Of a stretch of DNA of 64,000 nucleotides, positions 60,829 through 64,000 are shown piece by piece. Source of the DNA: an uncultured Victivallales bacterium (GTDB taxonomy: Bacteria > Verrucomicrobiota > Kiritimatiellia > UBA8416 > CAYOBW01); NCBI GenBank assembly GCA_964402115.1, contig CAYOBW010000003.1, positions 24,086 to 88,085 on the forward strand, given 5' to 3'. Each line of letters opens with the position of its first letter. Positions within the stretch are counted from its first letter, which is position 1. The notes under the pieces were generated by a model. It ran no database searches, had not been told where the DNA came from, and saw only the letters and a list, made by a program, of their open reading frames with translations. The position numbers and the translations under genes are program-made.

Positions 60829-62981
60829 GCGCGGGGCTCGCGCTGCAGGGCCTGGCGCAGGCGGCGCAGCCCCTGCTGCAGGAGCGGCTCCGGCGGGAGG
60901 CGGAAGCAGATGCGCCCCGTACGGCCCTCGCAGAACCACACGCCGGCGGCGGGCGCGAGCTCGGCGCGCACCTCGAAAAACGTCTCCGCCGCCCGCGTGC
61001 CGCCCCTGTCGTCCGGCGTCACCGCCACCTCGCCCCCGCCCCGCCAGCCGAGGGCCGCCGACGGCAGCTCGCGCCGCTCGGCGGGAAGGATCGCGCGGTC
61101 CAGCACCGCCAGCGGCTGGCCCGCGCGCCCGCGCAACCGGACGGCGGCGTGCCGGATCCCGCCATCGTAGAGGCGCGAAGCCTGGGCCTGGGAAACGGTG
61201 GCGACGAAGCGGAAGCGGGCCGGGTTGACCACGCTGCCGAGCAGCGTGCCGCGGTCGATCCGCACCCCGGTCTGCTCGGCCAGCACCGGCGCGATCCAGA
61301 GGCCGGCGCGCGGCGCGCGGACGATCAGGCCCGCGCGCTGCTGGAGCAGGCGCTCGCGCTGGCCCCGCACGGCGGCCAGGTACTGCGCCAGCGGCCCGAG
61401 GTCGGCGGTGGACTCGCGCAGCGCCCGCCGCTGCATGGCGAGGGCCTGCGCGAGCCGTGCCTCCACGGCGGCGAGATCGAGATCCAGCTCGTCATCGGCG
61501 AGGCGGACCAGCGGCTGCCCGTTCGTGACGCTCTGCCCGGACGGCGTCAGCACCGCCGCGAGGCGCCCGGCGGCGGCATTGCTCACGTCGTCGCGTTCGA
61601 CCGCGCGCAGGACGCCGGGAGCCAGGAAGCGGCAGGGCAGCGGCAGCACGGCCAGCAGCAGCGCCAGCCCCGCCGCCAGCCCCGCGGTCGCGGCCAGCGC
61701 GCGCGCTCGGGTGCGCTCGAGGGCCGGCGAGGCGGCAAGGTAGCCCGCGAAACGCACCAGCGGCACGCCGCCCCAGGCCACGGCACAGGCGACGGCCATC
61801 AGCGCCCCGACGATGAGGTAGCGGCGGGCGACCAGCAGGATCATCGCCGAGAAGACCACGGCGCGGTAGGCGCCGCTGAGCAACCCGTAGCACGCCAGCC
61901 AAACCGCCTCGCGCCGGCCCTGGGCGGGACTGCGGGAGGCGCGCCGCCCGAAGAGGTACCGCTCGGCGAGGTGCCGCAGCTGGCGGGACGCGCGGCCGTG
62001 CAGGTTCGGGATGTCGAGCAGGTCGGCGAGGATGTAGTAGCCGTCGTACCGCAGCAGCGGGTTGCCGTTGAACAGCACGCTCGACACCGACGCCACGAAG
62101 ATCATGTTGTAGGCCACGCTGTGCACAACGCCGGGGCTCGTCGCGGCCCAGACCACCATGGCGCCCGCGGCCACGAACAGCTCGGCGAGCATGCCGGCGG
62201 CGGCCACGACGATGCGCTGGCGGCGGGCGCGAAACGCCCAGCTGGAGGTGACGTCCACGTAAGGGACGGGCGTGAAGATCAGCAGCATGACGCCCAGCGT
62301 GTGCACTTCGCCGCCGTAGCGCTTGCAGGCCAGCGCGTGGCCGAGCTCGTGGATGACCTTCACCAGCGCGAGGCCGATGTAGAGCAGGAACAGGTTGCCG
62401 GGAGCCAGCACGCTCTGGGTCTGCTCGCGCAGCGCCTCGGCGTTTTCGAGGCCGACCTTGACGGCCCACCCCACGGCGGCCAGCCAGGCGACGAGCCCGG
62501 GCCAGCCGAAGAGCAGGCGCGCGAGGGGCTGCAGGCGGCGCATGAGCGCCTCGGGGTCCCACAGCGGAAAGCGCGCGAACATGACGTTCAGCCACAGCGC
62601 CTGCTGCTCCCGCCGGACGCGTTTGCGGTAGCGCTCGAAGAACGCCTCGCTCTCGGGGGGCAGCTCGTAGTGCAGGAGGTTCGCGGCGTAGAGCTGGGTC
62701 AGGAGGTGCAGCACGTCCGCCTGGCCCGGGGCGTCCGCCGGGTGCGCCGCCAGGCAGGCCTCCCACGCGGCCTGCACCGTGCAGTCGGGCCCCAGGCGCA
62801 CGAGGAAGTCGTACGCCGCGGGCCGCACGCGGTGGAACTGGTTGTTGAACGGGTCGTGGAGCAGGTACCAGCGCTCGCCGCGGTAGTACTGGCGGCACAC
62901 GCGCACCTGCGGGTGCAGGCTCACGCGCAGGGTCGCGACCCGGTACCAGAACTCGCTGAACGTCCGGTTCGCCGTCGCCAT
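60825..62981 (-). CDS. PqqD-like / peptidase M50 (site-2 protease-like) / HlyD-type membrane-fusion hybrid protein
   Basis: HELGH in a TM context plus NGNPLLRYDGYY (S2P NPDG-like motif). C-terminal lipoyl-like + coiled coil + beta-barrel adaptor region. N-terminal ~100 aa resembles a PqqD-like winged helix. Confidence 0.85.
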   Translation of the reverse strand: MATANRTFSEFWYRVATLRVSLHPQVRVCRQYYRGERWYLLHDPFNNQFHRVRPAAYDFLVRLGPDCTVQAAWEACLAAHPADAPGQADVLHLLTQLYAANLLHYELPPESEAFFERYRKRVRREQQALWLNVMFARFPLWDPEALMRRLQPLARLLFGWPGLVAWLAAVGWAVKVGLENAEALREQTQSVLAPGNLFLLYIGLALVKVIHELGHALACKRYGGEVHTLGVMLLIFTPVPYVDVTSSWAFRARRQRIVVAAAGMLAELFVAAGAMVVWAATSPGVVHSVAYNMIFVASVSSVLFNGNPLLRYDGYYILADLLDIPNLHGRASRQLRHLAERYLFGRRASRSPAQGRREAVWLACYGLLSGAYRAVVFSAMILLVARRYLIVGALMAVACAVAWGGVPLVRFAGYLAASPALERTRARALAATAGLAAGLALLLAVLPLPCRFLAPGVLRAVERDDVSNAAAGRLAAVLTPSGQSVTNGQPLVRLADDELDLDLAAVEARLAQALAMQRRALRESTADLGPLAQYLAAVRGQRERLLQQRAGLIVRAPRAGLWIAPVLAEQTGVRIDRGTLLGSVVNPARFRFVATVSQAQASRLYDGGIRHAAVRLRGRAGQPLAVLDRAILPAERRELPSAALGWRGGGEVAVTPDDRGGTRAAETFFEVRAELAPAAGVWFCEGRTGRICFRLPPEPLLQQGLRRLRQALQREPRA

Positions 62982-62982
62982 G

Positions 62983-64000
62983 TCACCACCAGATCCGCAG
63001 CCGCAGGTAGTCGGCCGTGCGATGTCCCAGCAGCCAGAGCGGGCTGCGGCGCCCCACCCGGATGCGCGCGACGCCGTTCATGCCCGGCCGCCACCAGGCC
63101 TCGGCCGCCGCGGGCGCACCGCGCACCGTGACCGTGTTGCCCTGCTCGCCGGCCTGCGCGGCGGGGTCTATCCGCGTCACGCGCACGGCGAACCGCCGCC
63201 CCGGCTGGCTTTTGAAAGCCAGCGCGCCCGCGCCGTCCGCCGGCAGGTCGTCGATGTCGGCCTCGTCGACGGCCATCTCGACGTAAAGCTTGTCCAGCCG
63301 CGCCACCTTCGCCAGGAGGTCGCCGGTCTTGACGGGCACGCCGAGCCGCTCGCGCAGGTCGCCCTCGACCACGCAGCCGTCCAGCGGCGCGCGCACGGAG
63401 GCCTGCGCCACGCGCCGACGCACCAGCTCCAAACGCGCCCGCGACTGTTCGGCCTGCGCCTCGGCGATGCGCATGTCGGCGTACTCGTTGGCCGCGCGCG
63501 CCTTCTCGACTTCGCGCAGGTAGCGGTTGCGGTCGGCGAGCGCCGAGGCCTCCTCGAGCAGCAGGTCGCGCGTATCCAGCGTGACGAGCACGACGCCGGC
63601 GGTCACGCACGCGCCGACCTCGACCGGCGCGGTGTCGATGTACGCCTCGAACGGGGCGGTGACGACACCCACCACCTCGCTGCGCAGCACGAACGGGGCC
63701 TTGATCTCGTATTCCAGCCGTCCGGCCACCAGCCAGATGGCCAGCGCCGTCCCGGCCGCCGCCAGCAGTTTGGCGCCCGTATGCCGCGGCCCGAGCAGCG
63801 CCTCCAGCCGCGGCCGCGCCGCCTCCCAAAGCCGGCCGCCCACCCACCGGTCGGCCCGCCGCAGCGTGTCCAGCCGGTCGGCCACCTGGTCGGCCGCCAG
63901 CCGCAGGTGCCGCACTTCGTCCTCGGCGAACGGCTGCCGCCGCTCGGCCAGCAGCACGGCGCAAGGCCGGCCCGCCGCGCGCAGCGGCACGGCGCAGAGG
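62983..64000 (-). CDS. HlyD-family periplasmic adaptor with upstream GAF-like domain (5' end outside window)
   Basis: LCAVPLRAAGRPCAVLLAERRQPF (GAF end), a TM helix, VTAPFEAYI...VEVGACVTAGVVL, coiled coil, VRAPLDG and WRPGMNGVARI. Confidence 0.85.
   Translation of the reverse strand, partial: LCAVPLRAAGRPCAVLLAERRQPFAEDEVRHLRLAADQVADRLDTLRRADRWVGGRLWEAARPRLEALLGPRHTGAKLLAAAGTALAIWLVAGRLEYEIKAPFVLRSEVVGVVTAPFEAYIDTAPVEVGACVTAGVVLVTLDTRDLLLEEASALADRNRYLREVEKARAANEYADMRIAEAQAEQSRARLELVRRRVAQASVRAPLDGCVVEGDLRERLGVPVKTGDLLAKVARLDKLYVEMAVDEADIDDLPADGAGALAFKSQPGRRFAVRVTRIDPAAQAGEQGNTVTVRGAPAAAEAWWRPGMNGVARIRVGRRSPLWLLGHRTADYLRLRIWW

Noticed and set aside
58840-60939. Housekeeping secA, or a secA pseudogene
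   Set aside because: It is too short for canonical SecA, yet all motor motifs are intact and it is translationally coupled to secretion-adaptor genes, which fits a specialised paralogue. The longer 60939 start overlaps the upstream gene.
58558-63131. Long plus-strand ORFs (870 and 660 aa) opposite the secretion operon
   Set aside because: Antisense shadows in extremely GC-rich DNA. The minus-strand frames carry the SecA and M50 motifs.

Overview
High-GC bacterial DNA, most consistent with the PVC superphylum (Verrucomicrobiota/Kiritimatiellae-like or a planctomycete). This is inferred from a long GreA, PEP-CTERM, DUF1559 prepilin-like, LEPRxLL and HzsA-like proteins. Left part: long greA (truncated by the window), an RluA-family pseudouridine synthase, a LamG-GH95 fucosidase, a membrane protein, an MFS transporter, a tri-CxxCH HzsA-like protein and a cluster of REP-like hairpins. 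About two thirds of the window is one ~41.8-kb minus-strand gene encoding a ~13,900-aa protein. Its order is LEPRxLL leader, LamG, ~33 CARDB-like repeats, beta-propellers, Ig repeats, dockerin, a full RHS/YD core, a low-GC toxin-like cargo lying internally, a zincin motif and cadherin-like repeats. Right part: thrB, a J-domain protein, a cobalamin riboswitch heading a three-gene operon (PEP-CTERM protein, surface protein, DUF1559 pilin-like protein), and the distal end of a minus-strand operon (GAF-HlyD, PqqD-like/M50/HlyD fusion, short SecA paralogue). That operon is the likely dedicated exporter of the giant protein. All domain calls come from motif recognition by eye; no searches were run.
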